From contig JAXHMG010000003.1 of assembly GCA_034521595.1 (NCBI GenBank), positions 2,176,001-2,240,000 of the forward strand: a stretch of 64,000 bases of DNA. The letters are read 5' to 3'. Positions 27,887 through 37,977 of the stretch are shown piece after piece. Within the stretch, counting starts at the first letter, position 1; every line of letters begins with the position of its first letter. This stretch comes from Gemmatimonadota bacterium. GTDB taxonomy: Bacteria; Gemmatimonadota; Gemmatimonadetes; Longimicrobiales; Gaopeijiaceae. The position numbers and the translations under genes are program-made. The notes under the pieces were generated by a model that worked only from the letters and a program-made list of their open reading frames with translations, did not search any database and was not told the origin of the DNA.

Positions 27887-28507
27887 ATGAAGGTCGAGAT
27901 CTGGTCCGACGTCGTGTGCCCCTGGTGTTATATCGGCAAGCGTCGGCTCGAGCAGGCCCTGAACGACTACACGTCCGACGTGGACATCGTCTGGCGCAGC
28001 TTCGAGCTGGACCCGGCCGAGTCCACCGAGCCCGCGGAAGCGCTCGATGAGGCGCTCGCGGCCAAGTATGGGACGCCGATCGAGAACGCTCGTGCGATGC
28101 TGGAGCAGATGGCCCGCACAGGCGCCGAGGAAGGGCTCGAGCTCAACTTCGACGTGGCCCGGCGGGGTAACACACTCGACGCGCACAGGCTTCTTCACTT
28201 CGCGGCGGGCCGCGGCATGCAGCCCGAGATGAAGGAGCGTCTCTTCCGGGCCTACATGACCGAAGGGGTCCCGATCGCCGACCGCGGCGAGCTGGCCCGC
28301 CTCGCGGGCGAGCTCGGACTCGACGCTCACGAGGTCGGTGCGATGCTGGAGACGGACCAGTTCGTCGACGAGGTCCGGGCAGACCAACTCCGAGCGCGGC
28401 AGCTCGGCATACGGGGCGTTCCGTTCTTCGTGTTCGCCGGACGGGTCGGGGTGTCCGGCGCTCAGCCGGCCGGCGTGCTCCTGGACGCAATGCGTCAGGC
28501 CGCGTGA
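27887..28507 (+). CDS. DsbA family (FrnE-like) oxidoreductase
   Basis: WSDVVCPWCYIGKRR; GIRGVPFFVF; SGAQP. Confidence 0.93.
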   Translation: MKVEIWSDVVCPWCYIGKRRLEQALNDYTSDVDIVWRSFELDPAESTEPAEALDEALAAKYGTPIENARAMLEQMARTGAEEGLELNFDVARRGNTLDAHRLLHFAAGRGMQPEMKERLFRAYMTEGVPIADRGELARLAGELGLDAHEVGAMLETDQFVDEVRADQLRARQLGIRGVPFFVFAGRVGVSGAQPAGVLLDAMRQAA

Positions 28508-28844
28508 TTCTCGGAGCGATCGGGTAGGGCGCGGCGGTCACGAGGACCGCCGCCGCCCTCCCACACCACCGGACGTACGGTTCCAAATTCTTGGAAAGAT
28601 GGGCCACGGCCGGATCTCGATGGGCGTCTGCATGAGATAGGGCACGAGGCACACGGCCGTGAGCGCGAGGTATCTCGGGTTCTCGGGGGAGGGCTGCATC
28701 AGAGGCATGTCGGCAACGACGGTGGTCGGCCCCGCACCTCTACGAATCTCTAACGTCCCCGGGAGGCCCCGGCCCGGCTCCTCGCCGGAGGCCCACCGTC
28801 CGTACTCATTGTCCGCCGCTCCGCGCCGGCGTTGCGTTGGTCGT

Positions 28845-29324
28845 TCAGTTGCCTATGACGAACGGCAGGTGCCCGAATAACACGAGCCCTTTCCCGCCGC
28901 CTACCTCCGCCTTGACGCCGACCGTGGGACGGAGGCGGCCGAGGTTGAGGTAGATGCCGCCGCCGAGATTGACGCCGAGCCTAGTCTCGCTTTCGGCCAT
29001 CAGTCCGCCCGACACGTTGGCCACGTTGACACCTCCGAGGATGTATGGCGCCACGCGCGCTCCATCGGAGAAGGCATACGTGAGATTTCCGTTGAACTCC
29101 AGGTAATCGACGCCACCCTCGGGAAAGAAGTAGAGAAAGTCCGACATGATGGCGACGCCGGCGCCGAACTCCGTGAGGGGTACGTTGAGCGCCGCGCCGA
29201 TGCCGACGTCGTAGTCGTCGTGCCAGCCGATGGCGGGGCCCAGGGTGGCCTGCGCCTGACCAGCCTTCGGGGCGACCAGGAGGATGCCGAGGGAGAACAC
29301 GGTGAGACGAACGAAGGGACGCAT
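28845..29324 (-). CDS. Small outer-membrane beta-barrel protein
   Basis: Signal peptide ending AGQA; alternating beta-strands, PYILGGVN, LGVNLGGG. Confidence 0.8.
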   Translation of the reverse strand: MRPFVRLTVFSLGILLVAPKAGQAQATLGPAIGWHDDYDVGIGAALNVPLTEFGAGVAIMSDFLYFFPEGGVDYLEFNGNLTYAFSDGARVAPYILGGVNVANVSGGLMAESETRLGVNLGGGIYLNLGRLRPTVGVKAEVGGGKGLVLFGHLPFVIGN

Positions 29325-29557
29325 ACTGAGCCTCCAGAGGTAGAGTCCTGCCTTCAGGCGCCCTCGGGTCCGCCGGGGGAGGCAACGGCCGAGCGCGGAA
29401 CATGCAGAAATATATCGTGATACCCGAGGTTTGGGGATCACGCCCCCATGGCGGACGTCACCGGGGCCGAAGTGGCTGAAGGCGTATCCCGGGAGCGATT
29501 CGGATGGTGCGGCCTTCCAGTCACGGCGCTGCCGCGCCATGCCTGGCGTACATGCCC

Positions 29558-29600
29558 AAAGAGCCCCAGCCCGCACCTGGCGAGCTGGGGCTCTTCTTTT
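29558..29600. terminator. Stem-loop with T/A tracts on both sides, likely terminator of the minus-strand lipoprotein gene
   Basis: AAGAGCCCCAGC (29559-29570) / GCTGGGGCTCTT (29584-29595). Confidence 0.65.
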
Positions 29601-29643
29601 GGCAACGGTCCCGGCAGGAACGGTCCGGGATCAAGCGACCCTT

Positions 29644-31695
29644 CTAGGGCGTGTTCTGGTTGCCGTTCTGGTTGTTGTCATACGTCGTGCCCACTTCCGT
29701 GATCACCGAAGTGTCGGAATCGCGCCAGATGCCATACGTGGAGCTGTGGCGGACCGTGGCGTTCGTAAGGCTCAGGCTCGTGCCGGCATCCATGCGGAGG
29801 TTCCCTGCTCCACTCACGTTGCTCATGTCGCCGCTTCCGGCGTACTCGATGGTGAACTCCGTCAACTCGTGCGTGAGCGCATTCGTGTCGAACACCACGC
29901 CGCGCCAGTCGCCCTGTGCCGGCACATCGGCGGCCGACGTGAACAGGACGCCGTCGGAACCGGTGCCATTCGCGACGAGCTTGCTCGAACCCGCGAAGAA
30001 GAAGCCGGCCGCCTCTTCGAACTCGACCTCCACGCCATCGGCGAAAGTGATCTCGCCACCGAAGCGAAGCACGTCTCCACGCTCGATCCGATACGGGACA
30101 TCGCCGAGCAGCGGCGTCACGGTCCCATCGACCCCGGTGGCGCCGTCATCGACCAGGACGTGGGCGGCCGTGTTGTTGGTGAAGTCCGAAGCCGCGTCGA
30201 TGGCGATCATCTGGCTGGGCAGGATGTAGGCCGGCGCCTCGGTGTTCTCGGCGAACAGGTTCGACGCGAAATCCGGCAGCGTCGCGTTCTCCAATTCCAC
30301 ATAGAGACCGTACGAGCCACTGTGGCGGACCGTCGAGTTCGTCAGCTCCAGAACGTTGTCTTCGATGGCGATGTTCGCCGATTGGTCGAGGCCGGAATGG
30401 GTCGCCGCGTTGCCGCCGTACTCGACCGCGGTATGCCGGATGACGTGGCGTACCGGGCTGGAATCGAAGCCGATGCCTCTCCAGAACCCGGCCGTCTTCT
30501 CCGTTCCCGTGAGCAGCACGCTCGACGTCGCATCACCGCTGATGGTCAGCGTTCCGCCGCCCGTGATGTACAGCCCGGCGGCTTCGCCGAACTCGATGTG
30601 CGTGCCCGCGGTGATCGTGAACTCGTCGGAAGCGCGCAAGACGTCGTTGCCGTCGATGCGATAGGGCACGTCGAGCGCCGCGATGGTCGATGCGTCGCCG
30701 AACGTCTCGGACTCGTAGATACGCACCACGGAAGGCGTGGACGGGTCCCCGTCGTCAAAGGTCGAGCCCGAATCCATCGCGGTCATGAGCGCCGACGGCA
30801 GGTAGGCCGACGCAGCGGCGTTGCCCGAGAACGTGTTACCCGCGAAGCCCGGCAAGCCGGCTCCGTTGTCGGCGTAAAGCCCGAAGACCTCGCTGTCACG
30901 AATCGTCGTGTTCGTGATCTCCACATTGACGTCGCGATCCAATACCACGGCAGCGGCGTCGTCGATGTTCGGGTACGTGACGCCCACCTGGCCGCCGTAC
31001 CCGATCTCGACGTAGCCCAACTCGTGCGTGTTGCTGTTGGGCGCGAAGCCGAGTCCACGCCAGTGGCCGGCGACTTCGCTGGTGCCGGTCATGAGGATCG
31101 GGTCGGACGCGGTGCCGTTCGCGAGCAAGTGGCTCGATCCACCTCGGATGAACAGACCGGCGTCTTCCTCGAACTCCACGCGCACGTCGGGCTCGATCGT
31201 CAGCGTCGCACCGTCGAGATCGATCGCGGCCGTGACGCGATAGGTCGTGCCCGACATCCACGTCGTGTTCGCCGTGATGTCGGCGTCGACGATGATGAGG
31301 TTCGCCGACTCGGCCGTGACGGTGACACTCGCGACGTCGGTGCCATTGTTACCGTCGTCCACGGTGACGGTCGCGGTATAGTCGCCCGTGACGTCCGGCG
31401 TGAAGGTCGGTTGCTCGGCGGTGTCGTCCGAGAGCTGCGCACCGGCTCCAGCCGGGGTATCGAGGCTCCAGGAGAAGGCGAGGCCGTCGTTGTCCGGGTC
31501 GGACGAGCCGGACGCGTCGAGCGTGACCTCCGTGCCGACCGGGACCGTGGCTTCGGCAACGCTCACGTCGGCAGTGGGGTCACCGTTCCCCGTCGAGTCG
31601 TCGGGCTCGGTGACGCTTCCGGAGTCACAGGCCGTGAGATAAAAAAGGCTCGTAGCGAGACTGAGTACGAAAAATCGGCTTGAGAGTTTGGGCAC
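29644..31695 (-). CDS. Surface lipoprotein with PKD domain and three right-handed beta-helix-like repeat units (start uncertain)
   Basis: Lipobox YLTAC; VTLDASGSSDPD PKD motif; three repeats of G.WRG..F...[VI].Y[GA]G...[NS]S.[YF]G. Confidence 0.8.
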   Translation of the reverse strand: MPKLSSRFFVLSLATSLFYLTACDSGSVTEPDDSTGNGDPTADVSVAEATVPVGTEVTLDASGSSDPDNDGLAFSWSLDTPAGAGAQLSDDTAEQPTFTPDVTGDYTATVTVDDGNNGTDVASVTVTAESANLIIVDADITANTTWMSGTTYRVTAAIDLDGATLTIEPDVRVEFEEDAGLFIRGGSSHLLANGTASDPILMTGTSEVAGHWRGLGFAPNSNTHELGYVEIGYGGQVGVTYPNIDDAAAVVLDRDVNVEITNTTIRDSEVFGLYADNGAGLPGFAGNTFSGNAAASAYLPSALMTAMDSGSTFDDGDPSTPSVVRIYESETFGDASTIAALDVPYRIDGNDVLRASDEFTITAGTHIEFGEAAGLYITGGGTLTISGDATSSVLLTGTEKTAGFWRGIGFDSSPVRHVIRHTAVEYGGNAATHSGLDQSANIAIEDNVLELTNSTVRHSGSYGLYVELENATLPDFASNLFAENTEAPAYILPSQMIAIDAASDFTNNTAAHVLVDDGATGVDGTVTPLLGDVPYRIERGDVLRFGGEITFADGVEVEFEEAAGFFFAGSSKLVANGTGSDGVLFTSAADVPAQGDWRGVVFDTNALTHELTEFTIEYAGSGDMSNVSGAGNLRMDAGTSLSLTNATVRHSSTYGIWRDSDTSVITEVGTTYDNNQNGNQNTP

Positions 31696-32011
31696 TTGGG
31701 TATCGGCATTCGGGTGACAGGAACGCGAAGCGTGCTGTGCATCTGTACAGCACTCGGCATCGCAACTTGCGCGGAAAGCCTGAGTTAGCCGCACCTCGCA
31801 GAGCGAGGGGAAAGCTTAGCCGCCGCCACTGACCCTAACAGCAGACGAGCATAGGCGCACCGGGGCACGCGGCCACGGGGGCCATCGAGGGCAAGTCGTT
31901 GATGTCTACGAGGCGGCTTGCGCTTGGAGCGCGCTTTGTCATCGTGTCTTGGCACCGCACCGGGCCAGGCGGCGGGCCGGTAACCCGAAACACGGCGAGG
32001 AACGTGAACGA

Positions 32012-33454
32012 ATGAACCACAACTTGCTCGGATCATTGGGGCGCCTCCACCCGCGTAGCCTGAAGTCTCTGACGGAGCCGCTGAGCCGGTTGGTTACCGG
32101 CCGCCTCTGGCTGCAGGTCCTCATCGGCATGGTCCTGGGCGTGACCGTCGGGATCGTCCTCAACCCGGACACCGGCTGGTTCGAACGTTCGACCGCGGTG
32201 GCCGTCGGCGAGTGGATCGCGCTGCCCGGCCATCTGTTCCTCGGGTTCATCCAGATGATCGTGGTGCCGCTCATTCTGGCCTCGATCATTCGGGGCATCG
32301 CGGCCGCCAGCAATGTCCAGCAGCTCAAAAGCACCGGCATCTGGCTGGGCATCTATTTCTTGACGGCCACCATCATCGCCGTGGTCATCGGCATCTCCGT
32401 CGGGCTAATCATCAAACCCGGAGCCTACGTGGACATCCAGGAGATGACCCAGCGCATGGGCGCAGCCGAGACAACGGTCGAGCTCGACCTGGAGACGGGC
32501 GATCCCGGCGCCGCCATTGACATCGGACAGATCCCGAGCCAGATCGCGGAAAGCGTGCCCACCAACCCCATGGGCGCGATCGCCGAGGGGGACATGCTAC
32601 AGATCGTGATCTTCGCGATCGTGCTGGGTCTGGCTCTGCTCAGCATGGAGGCACGCTCGGCCCGGCCGTTGCTCGAGCTGTTCGGATCGGTTCAGTCGGT
32701 GGCCATGGCGGTGGTGGGAGTGGCCATGACCTTCGCACCCGTGGCCGTGTTCGGACTGCTGGCCCAGTCCATGATCACCACCGGGCCGCAGGTGCTCGCC
32801 GGCATGGGGATCTACGCCGGGTCGGTGGTCTTGGGCATGGGCCTGCTGTTGGTGGTCTATTTGACGACCGTCATGACGCTGGGCGCCCGCAACCCTCTAC
32901 GGTTTCTCGTGGGGATCCGCGAAGCGTTTCTGCTGGCGTTCTCCACCAACAGCTCCGCAGCCACCATGCCGGTGACCGTGCGCACCGCCGAGGAAAACCT
33001 GGGTGTTCGGGCGTCGCTGGCGCAGCTCGTGGTGCCGCTGGGCGCCACGGTCAACATGGGCGGGACGGCGCTCTACCAGGGCCTCGCCACCATGTTCATG
33101 GCCCAGATGTTCGACATGGAGCTACCCGTGAGCGCTCTCGTGGCTCTGGTCGCTACCGCCCTGGGCGCCTCCATCGGCACGCCCGCGGTCCCCGGAGTCG
33201 GCATCGTGGTGCTGGCCTCCGTGCTCAGCAGCGCAGGGGTGCCGCTCACCGGACTGGCCCTGATCATCGGCCTCGACCAGGTGCTCGAGCGGTTCCGCAC
33301 AAGCCTCAACGTTTCCGGGGACCTGGTGGCGTGCGTCGTGATGGACCGCTTCATGCCGGCCAAGCTGAGTCACGAGGCCGAGCGCGAACAGGACGAGGCG
33401 CTGGAGCGGACCCGAAAGATCGACGCCGTGGACACCGTCACGACGCCGGCCTGA
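32012..33454 (+). CDS. Dicarboxylate/amino acid:cation symporter (DAACS/SDF)
   Basis: IQMIVVPLI, AFSTNSSAATMP, PLGATVNMGGTALY, RTSLNVSGD. Confidence 0.95.
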   Translation: MNHNLLGSLGRLHPRSLKSLTEPLSRLVTGRLWLQVLIGMVLGVTVGIVLNPDTGWFERSTAVAVGEWIALPGHLFLGFIQMIVVPLILASIIRGIAAASNVQQLKSTGIWLGIYFLTATIIAVVIGISVGLIIKPGAYVDIQEMTQRMGAAETTVELDLETGDPGAAIDIGQIPSQIAESVPTNPMGAIAEGDMLQIVIFAIVLGLALLSMEARSARPLLELFGSVQSVAMAVVGVAMTFAPVAVFGLLAQSMITTGPQVLAGMGIYAGSVVLGMGLLLVVYLTTVMTLGARNPLRFLVGIREAFLLAFSTNSSAATMPVTVRTAEENLGVRASLAQLVVPLGATVNMGGTALYQGLATMFMAQMFDMELPVSALVALVATALGASIGTPAVPGVGIVVLASVLSSAGVPLTGLALIIGLDQVLERFRTSLNVSGDLVACVVMDRFMPAKLSHEAEREQDEALERTRKIDAVDTVTTPA

Positions 33455-33573
33455 GCCATGCCGGGACCGCCGGATGAAGGCGAAGCTCGTCACCACGGCG
33501 GCGAGAGCTCACGGCCGTGGGTGGGGCCTTCCGGGCGCCCCCCTCGCGACGCTTCCCGCCCCCCGTGAACCAG

Positions 33574-33646
33574 TGACCCGGCAGGGGATCGAACCCTGGA
33601 CCTACTGATTAAAAGTCAGTTGCTCTACCAGCTGAGCTACCGGGTC
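33574..33646 (-). tRNA. tRNA-Lys (anticodon UUU), CCA not encoded
   Basis: Reverse complement GACCCGGTAGCTCAGCTGGTAGAGCAACTGACTTTTAATCAGTAGGTCCAGGGTTCGATCCCCTGCCGGGTCA folds into a canonical cloverleaf. Confidence 0.97.
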
Positions 33647-33771
33647 TGTCCCGGAAGATAGGGCGCGTCAGGGAAAGATGAAGGACGCGTCCCGCCCTCA
33701 TCGCGCTCCCTCGTGCAGGATCGCCCGCACGCGCTCGCGGTAGTGCGGCGCCAGGTCGGCGACGCGGGCAG

Positions 33772-34317
33772 CTACCCACGAGCCACCGCTTCCTGAAACA
33801 CCCGATCAACTTCCTCGGGCGCGAGGGCTCGTCCTTCGTCGAACCACCATTCCAGGAGCCCCAGAAACGCGCCCGCCACGGCGAACGCCCTCCCCTCGGC
33901 CGGAGCCGCCTCGGGGTCCACCACGTCTCGCGACGCCATCTCGCCCCACGCGACCGCGGCGAGGACCTCTTTCAGGCGCCGCCGCACCCGATGGCTCGGC
34001 CCGCGGAGGATGGTGTTCCGGAAGAACGCCTTCTGCGCGGCGCCGTGGCGCAGCAGAGGAAGGCTGAACCGGAAACAGAAGCCACCGTCACGGTGCGGGC
34101 AGGGCGCGCCGGCGAAGGAGCGGAGCCACGCTTCGAACCCGTCGAAGAGCAGGTCCTCCTTGGCGCCGTAGTGGGTGTAGAACGTCGACCGCGCCACGTC
34201 GGCCCGCTCGGCGAGCCGCTCGATCGTGATCTGTTCGTAGCCGACCTCGTCGATCATCTCGAGCAGGGCCGTCTTCAGTCGGCGCTTGGTGCGGGCGACA
34301 CGGGGATCCTCGCTCAA
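33772..34317 (-). CDS. TetR/AcrR family transcriptional regulator
   Basis: DPRVARTK...ITIERLAERADVARSTFYTHYGAKEDLL HTH. Confidence 0.93.
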   Translation of the reverse strand: MSEDPRVARTKRRLKTALLEMIDEVGYEQITIERLAERADVARSTFYTHYGAKEDLLFDGFEAWLRSFAGAPCPHRDGGFCFRFSLPLLRHGAAQKAFFRNTILRGPSHRVRRRLKEVLAAVAWGEMASRDVVDPEAAPAEGRAFAVAGAFLGLLEWWFDEGRALAPEEVDRVFQEAVARG

Positions 34318-34351
34318 GGGTGTCTCCGGAACGGCGGCAGGAGCAGATAAA

Positions 34352-34403
34352 TGGACACAAATATATATATGTATGGTTTACTACATATACTATAATATGT
34401 CCA
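34352..34403. promoter_or_regulatory. Very AT-rich 52-bp imperfect palindrome (candidate TetR operator/promoter)
   Basis: TGGACA/TGTCCA and TATATGTA/TACATATA share one dyad centre; contains TATAAT at 34391. Confidence 0.65.
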
Positions 34404-34422
34404 CCAACCCTCCCCAGCCCGA

Positions 34423-34833
34423 CTAGCCTGCCTCCGGCGGGGCCTCCATGACGGCCCCGAGGAACAGGATCGCGCCGGAGAGCCGCTCCCGGATGGCGAA
34501 CAGGAAGGGACGGTCGGCCCGGATCTCGGGGGGCGCCGACTCCACCATGACCACCTGGGTCACGGCCGCCGCCTCGGTGCCCTGCTCGTCGACGCGCACG
34601 AAGCTCTTCTGGCGCACCTCGTCGATCCACGGATCGCTGTCCTCGAACATGCGGCTGAAGTCGGCCCCGGCGTCGAACGCCCCGCCCATGCCCATCGCCG
34701 CGAGGTCGTCGTTGAGGGTGCGCTCCCACTCGAGCCCGAAGACGTTGCTCGACCGCAGCGCATCGACCTCGCCGCTCGAGAGCGACCGGGGAAGCTCGGT
34801 GATCTCGGGCGGCGGCTTCGGCTCGCGCTCCCC
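34423..34833 (-). pseudogene. Serpin remnant (N-terminal fragment fused in frame to the C-terminal part; no start codon for the N-terminal fragment)
   Basis: VDEQGTEAAAVT hinge and RADRPFLFAIRE...ILFLG serpin signature; frame is open up to the TAG of the upstream gene. Confidence 0.8.
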
Positions 34834-35346
34834 CTACTCCAGCATCTGCACGCCCACGTCCTCTTCCTTCGGGCGCACGTCCGGATGCGTGTTCAGCGTT
34901 CGCGCGCAGGTGTTCCAGCGCAGGAGGGCGTCGTCGTTTCCGGCCGGGCGCAGGGGCTCCGCTTCCGCGTAGCAATCCATCGCCCGCTCGAACCACTCGT
35001 AGGCGATCGCTTCGGCTCCGGGACCGGCCTTGAGGAGCGCCGCCTCGGCCCTCCGCTCGCAGACGAGCCCGGAGTAGTATGCGCGCTCGTAGTCGCCCGC
35101 GAGGCGCCCGGCCATATCCAGCACCTCCTTGACGGCGATCCCCTCGATGATCCCGAACTGGTCACAGAGGCTCATGACGAGCATGACGTTGGCTCGCGGA
35201 TGCTCGGGCTGGAGCTCGAGCACGTCGCGGCAGATGCTCTCGGCGAGCTGCGGCTGGTTCAGGTACCGGTAGTGGAGGGCACGCTCGAGGGCCGCGTCGA
35301 CCGCGTCCGGGGTGAGCTGCTTGAGCTCGAATCTCTCGCTTGCCAT
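34834..35346 (-). CDS. Hypothetical helical (TPR-like) protein downstream of the sdh operon
   Basis: GGAGG RBS; host-like codon usage; helical repeat pattern (AESICRDVLELQPEH, AYEWFERAMDCY). Confidence 0.75.
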   Translation of the reverse strand: MASERFELKQLTPDAVDAALERALHYRYLNQPQLAESICRDVLELQPEHPRANVMLVMSLCDQFGIIEGIAVKEVLDMAGRLAGDYERAYYSGLVCERRAEAALLKAGPGAEAIAYEWFERAMDCYAEAEPLRPAGNDDALLRWNTCARTLNTHPDVRPKEEDVGVQMLE

Positions 35347-35392
35347 GGGTCCTCCGTGAGTATGAGCCGCTCTGCGCTCCGGGCGGGCGGAG

Positions 35393-36157
35393 TCAGTCGT
35401 CCTGCTGCTTCTTCTTCCCGCCGATCACGAGCTGCACGAGCTTGGTGAGCGGGTCGTAGGCGTCGCCCACGACGCGCTCCTTGAGCGGGATGATCGCGTT
35501 GTCGGTGATCGTGATGTGCTCGGGACAGACCTTGGTGCAGCACTTGGTGATGTTGCAGTAGCCGACCCCGTGGTCCTCGCGCAGCTCGTCGAGGCGGTCC
35601 TCGGTGTCGAGCGGATGCATCTCGAGCGCGGCCGTGTGCACGAAGAAGCGCGGGCCGATGAACGCTTCGTGCTTGTGGTGGTCGCGGAGCACGTGGCACA
35701 CGTCCTGGCAGAGGAAGCACTCGATGCACTTCCGGAACTCCATGGCACGGTCGACGTCATCCTGCTCCATGGCCCAGGTACCGTCCTCGTGGTCCGGCGG
35801 ACGGGGCTTGAACGGCTTGATGCGCTTCTTGACCTCGTAGTTCCACGACACGTCCGGGACGAGGTCTCGGACGACCGGGAACGCCTTGAGCGGCTCGACG
35901 GTGATCGGCTTCTCCTGGGGCAGGTCCTCGAGCCGGGTCATGCACATGAGCTTGGGCATGCCGTTGACCTCGGCCGAGCACGAGCCGCAGCGGCCGGCCT
36001 TGCAGTTCCACCGAAGCGCGATGTCGTGCGCCTGCTCTGCCTGGATCTTCCGGACCGCGTCGAGGACGACGAACCCCGGCTGGACCTCCACGTCGTAGTC
36101 CCGGAACTCCCCACCGTCGGCGTCGCCGCGCCAGATCTTGAACGAGACGGATTCCAT
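35393..36157 (-). CDS. sdhB: Succinate dehydrogenase/fumarate reductase iron-sulfur subunit
   Basis: CKAGRCGSC, CIECFLCQDVC and CNITKCCTKVCP clusters; TGATG coupling to sdhA. Confidence 0.95.
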   Translation of the reverse strand: MESVSFKIWRGDADGGEFRDYDVEVQPGFVVLDAVRKIQAEQAHDIALRWNCKAGRCGSCSAEVNGMPKLMCMTRLEDLPQEKPITVEPLKAFPVVRDLVPDVSWNYEVKKRIKPFKPRPPDHEDGTWAMEQDDVDRAMEFRKCIECFLCQDVCHVLRDHHKHEAFIGPRFFVHTAALEMHPLDTEDRLDELREDHGVGYCNITKCCTKVCPEHITITDNAIIPLKERVVGDAYDPLTKLVQLVIGGKKKQQDD

Positions 36158-37977
36158 CAGCCCTGCTCCTTGATGATGTCCGTGAGCTCCTGGCGCATGG
36201 GCGGAATGGGCTCGCGCCGGACCTCCGGCTCGCCCCCACTCCCCTTCCGGACCACCAGGTTGACCCGGCCCCACTCCTCGTCCTTCGAAGGATGATCGGT
36301 GCGGGAGTGCGCGCCCCGACTCTCCTTGCGCTCCCGGGCCGCGAGCACGAGGAGCTCGGCCACGGTCACGATGTTCTGAAGGTCGATGGCCGTGTGCCAT
36401 CCGGGGTTGAACTCCCGGTTGCCGCCCACCGAGACTTTTTCGACCTCGGGACGCAGACGCTCGAGGCCGTCGAGCGCCTCGCCCAGCAGGTCGTGGTTCC
36501 GGATGATTCCGGCCTTCTCCTGCATGAGCGACTGCACGTCCTGCATGACCCGGTAGGGCCCGCGCTCTTCGGGCCCCGGGCTGCGCTCGAGCGGGGCGAG
36601 CGCCTCGCGCATCGCTTCCTCGACCTGGCCTTCGTCGACGGTGCCCGCGCCGCGCTCCTTCGCGAACTCGGCGGCGTGCGCCCCGGCCCGGCGCCCGAAC
36701 ACGAGCAGGTCGGAGAGGGAGTTTCCTCCCAGACGGTTCGCCCCGTGCAGTCCCGCCGCACACTCTCCGGCGGCGAAGAGCCCGGGCACCGACGACATCT
36801 GCGTGTCGGCGTCGACCCGGATGCCGCCCATGACGTAGTGGGTCGTCGGCCCGACCTCCATGGGCTCCCGGGTGATGTCGATGCCCGCCAGCTCTTTGAA
36901 CTGATGGTACATCCCCGGCAGCTTGCGCTTGATGTGCGTGGGGCCGTCGGAAAGCTTCTCGTCGATCCACGCGATGTCGAGGAACACCCCTCCGTGCGGG
37001 CTCCCCCGTCCCTCCTTCACCTCCCGCAGGATGCAGCGGGCGACGTGGTCCCGCGTGAGGAGCTCGGGCGGCCGGCGCGCCTCCGGATCCCCGGTCACGT
37101 AGCGCCATCCCTCCTCGGGTGTGTGCGCGGTCTGCTCCGTGTAGAGGTCGGGGATGTCGTCGAACATGAAGCGCGTGCCCTCGCTGTTCTTGAGCACGCC
37201 GCCCTCCCCCCGCACTCCCTCGGTCACCAGGATCCCCTGCACGCTCGGGGGCCAGACCATGCCGGTCGGGTGGAACTGGAGGAACTCCATGTCCAGCAGG
37301 TCCGCGCCGGCATGGTAGGCCAGCGCGTGCCCGTCGCCCGTGTACTCCCACGAGTTGCTCGTGATCTTGTAGGCTTTGCCGATGCCCCCCGTGGCGATGA
37401 TCACCGCGGCGGCCCGGAAGACCCGGAAACGGCCCCGCTCCCGGTCATAGCCGAGCGCGCCGACGATCCGCTCGCCGTCCTTGAGCAGCGTCGTGACGGT
37501 GACCTCCATGTGCACGTCGATGCCCTGGTGCACGCCGTGGTCCTGGAGGGTGCGGATCATCTCGAGGCCCGTGCGGTCCCCCACGTGGGCCAGCCGGGGA
37601 TACGCGTGCCCACCGAAGTTGCGCTGGAGGATGCGCCCCTCCGGCGTGCGGTCCATGAGCGCGCCCCACGCCTCGAGCTCGCGCACGCGCTCAGGCGCTT
37701 CCTTCGCGTGCAGCTCGGCCATGCGCCAGTTGTTGAGGTAGCCACCGCCCCGCATGGTATCCGCGAAATGAACGCGCCAGTTGTCGCGCGTGTCGACGTT
37801 GGCGAGCGACGCCGCGATGCCGCCTTCGGCCATGACCGTGTGCGCCTTGCCGAGCAGCGACTTGCAGACCAGCCCCACGCTGACGTTCTGGGACGCGGCC
37901 TCGATCGCCGCCCGCAGTCCGGCACCGCCCGCGCCGATGACGAGCACGTCGTGATCGATCGTCTTGTATTCGGCCAT
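36157..37977 (-). CDS. sdhA: Succinate dehydrogenase/fumarate reductase flavoprotein subunit
   Basis: IGAGGAG, KAHTVMAEGG, QFHPTG, HYVMGG, LHGANRLGGNSL, ESRGAH. Confidence 0.96.
   Translation of the reverse strand: MAEYKTIDHDVLVIGAGGAGLRAAIEAASQNVSVGLVCKSLLGKAHTVMAEGGIAASLANVDTRDNWRVHFADTMRGGGYLNNWRMAELHAKEAPERVRELEAWGALMDRTPEGRILQRNFGGHAYPRLAHVGDRTGLEMIRTLQDHGVHQGIDVHMEVTVTTLLKDGERIVGALGYDRERGRFRVFRAAAVIIATGGIGKAYKITSNSWEYTGDGHALAYHAGADLLDMEFLQFHPTGMVWPPSVQGILVTEGVRGEGGVLKNSEGTRFMFDDIPDLYTEQTAHTPEEGWRYVTGDPEARRPPELLTRDHVARCILREVKEGRGSPHGGVFLDIAWIDEKLSDGPTHIKRKLPGMYHQFKELAGIDITREPMEVGPTTHYVMGGIRVDADTQMSSVPGLFAAGECAAGLHGANRLGGNSLSDLLVFGRRAGAHAAEFAKERGAGTVDEGQVEEAMREALAPLERSPGPEERGPYRVMQDVQSLMQEKAGIIRNHDLLGEALDGLERLRPEVEKVSVGGNREFNPGWHTAIDLQNIVTVAELLVLAARERKESRGAHSRTDHPSKDEEWGRVNLVVRKGSGGEPEVRREPIPPMRQELTDIIKEQG

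Noticed and set aside
31696-32011. Riboswitch in the leader of the beta-helix lipoprotein (repeated GCGGCTAA...CTTTCC, small hairpins)
   Set aside because: No match to a riboswitch consensus I can recognise; repeats are short enough to be chance
33455-33646. tRNA-Lys as integration site of a genomic island
   Set aside because: No integrase and no duplicated tRNA 3' end found in the window
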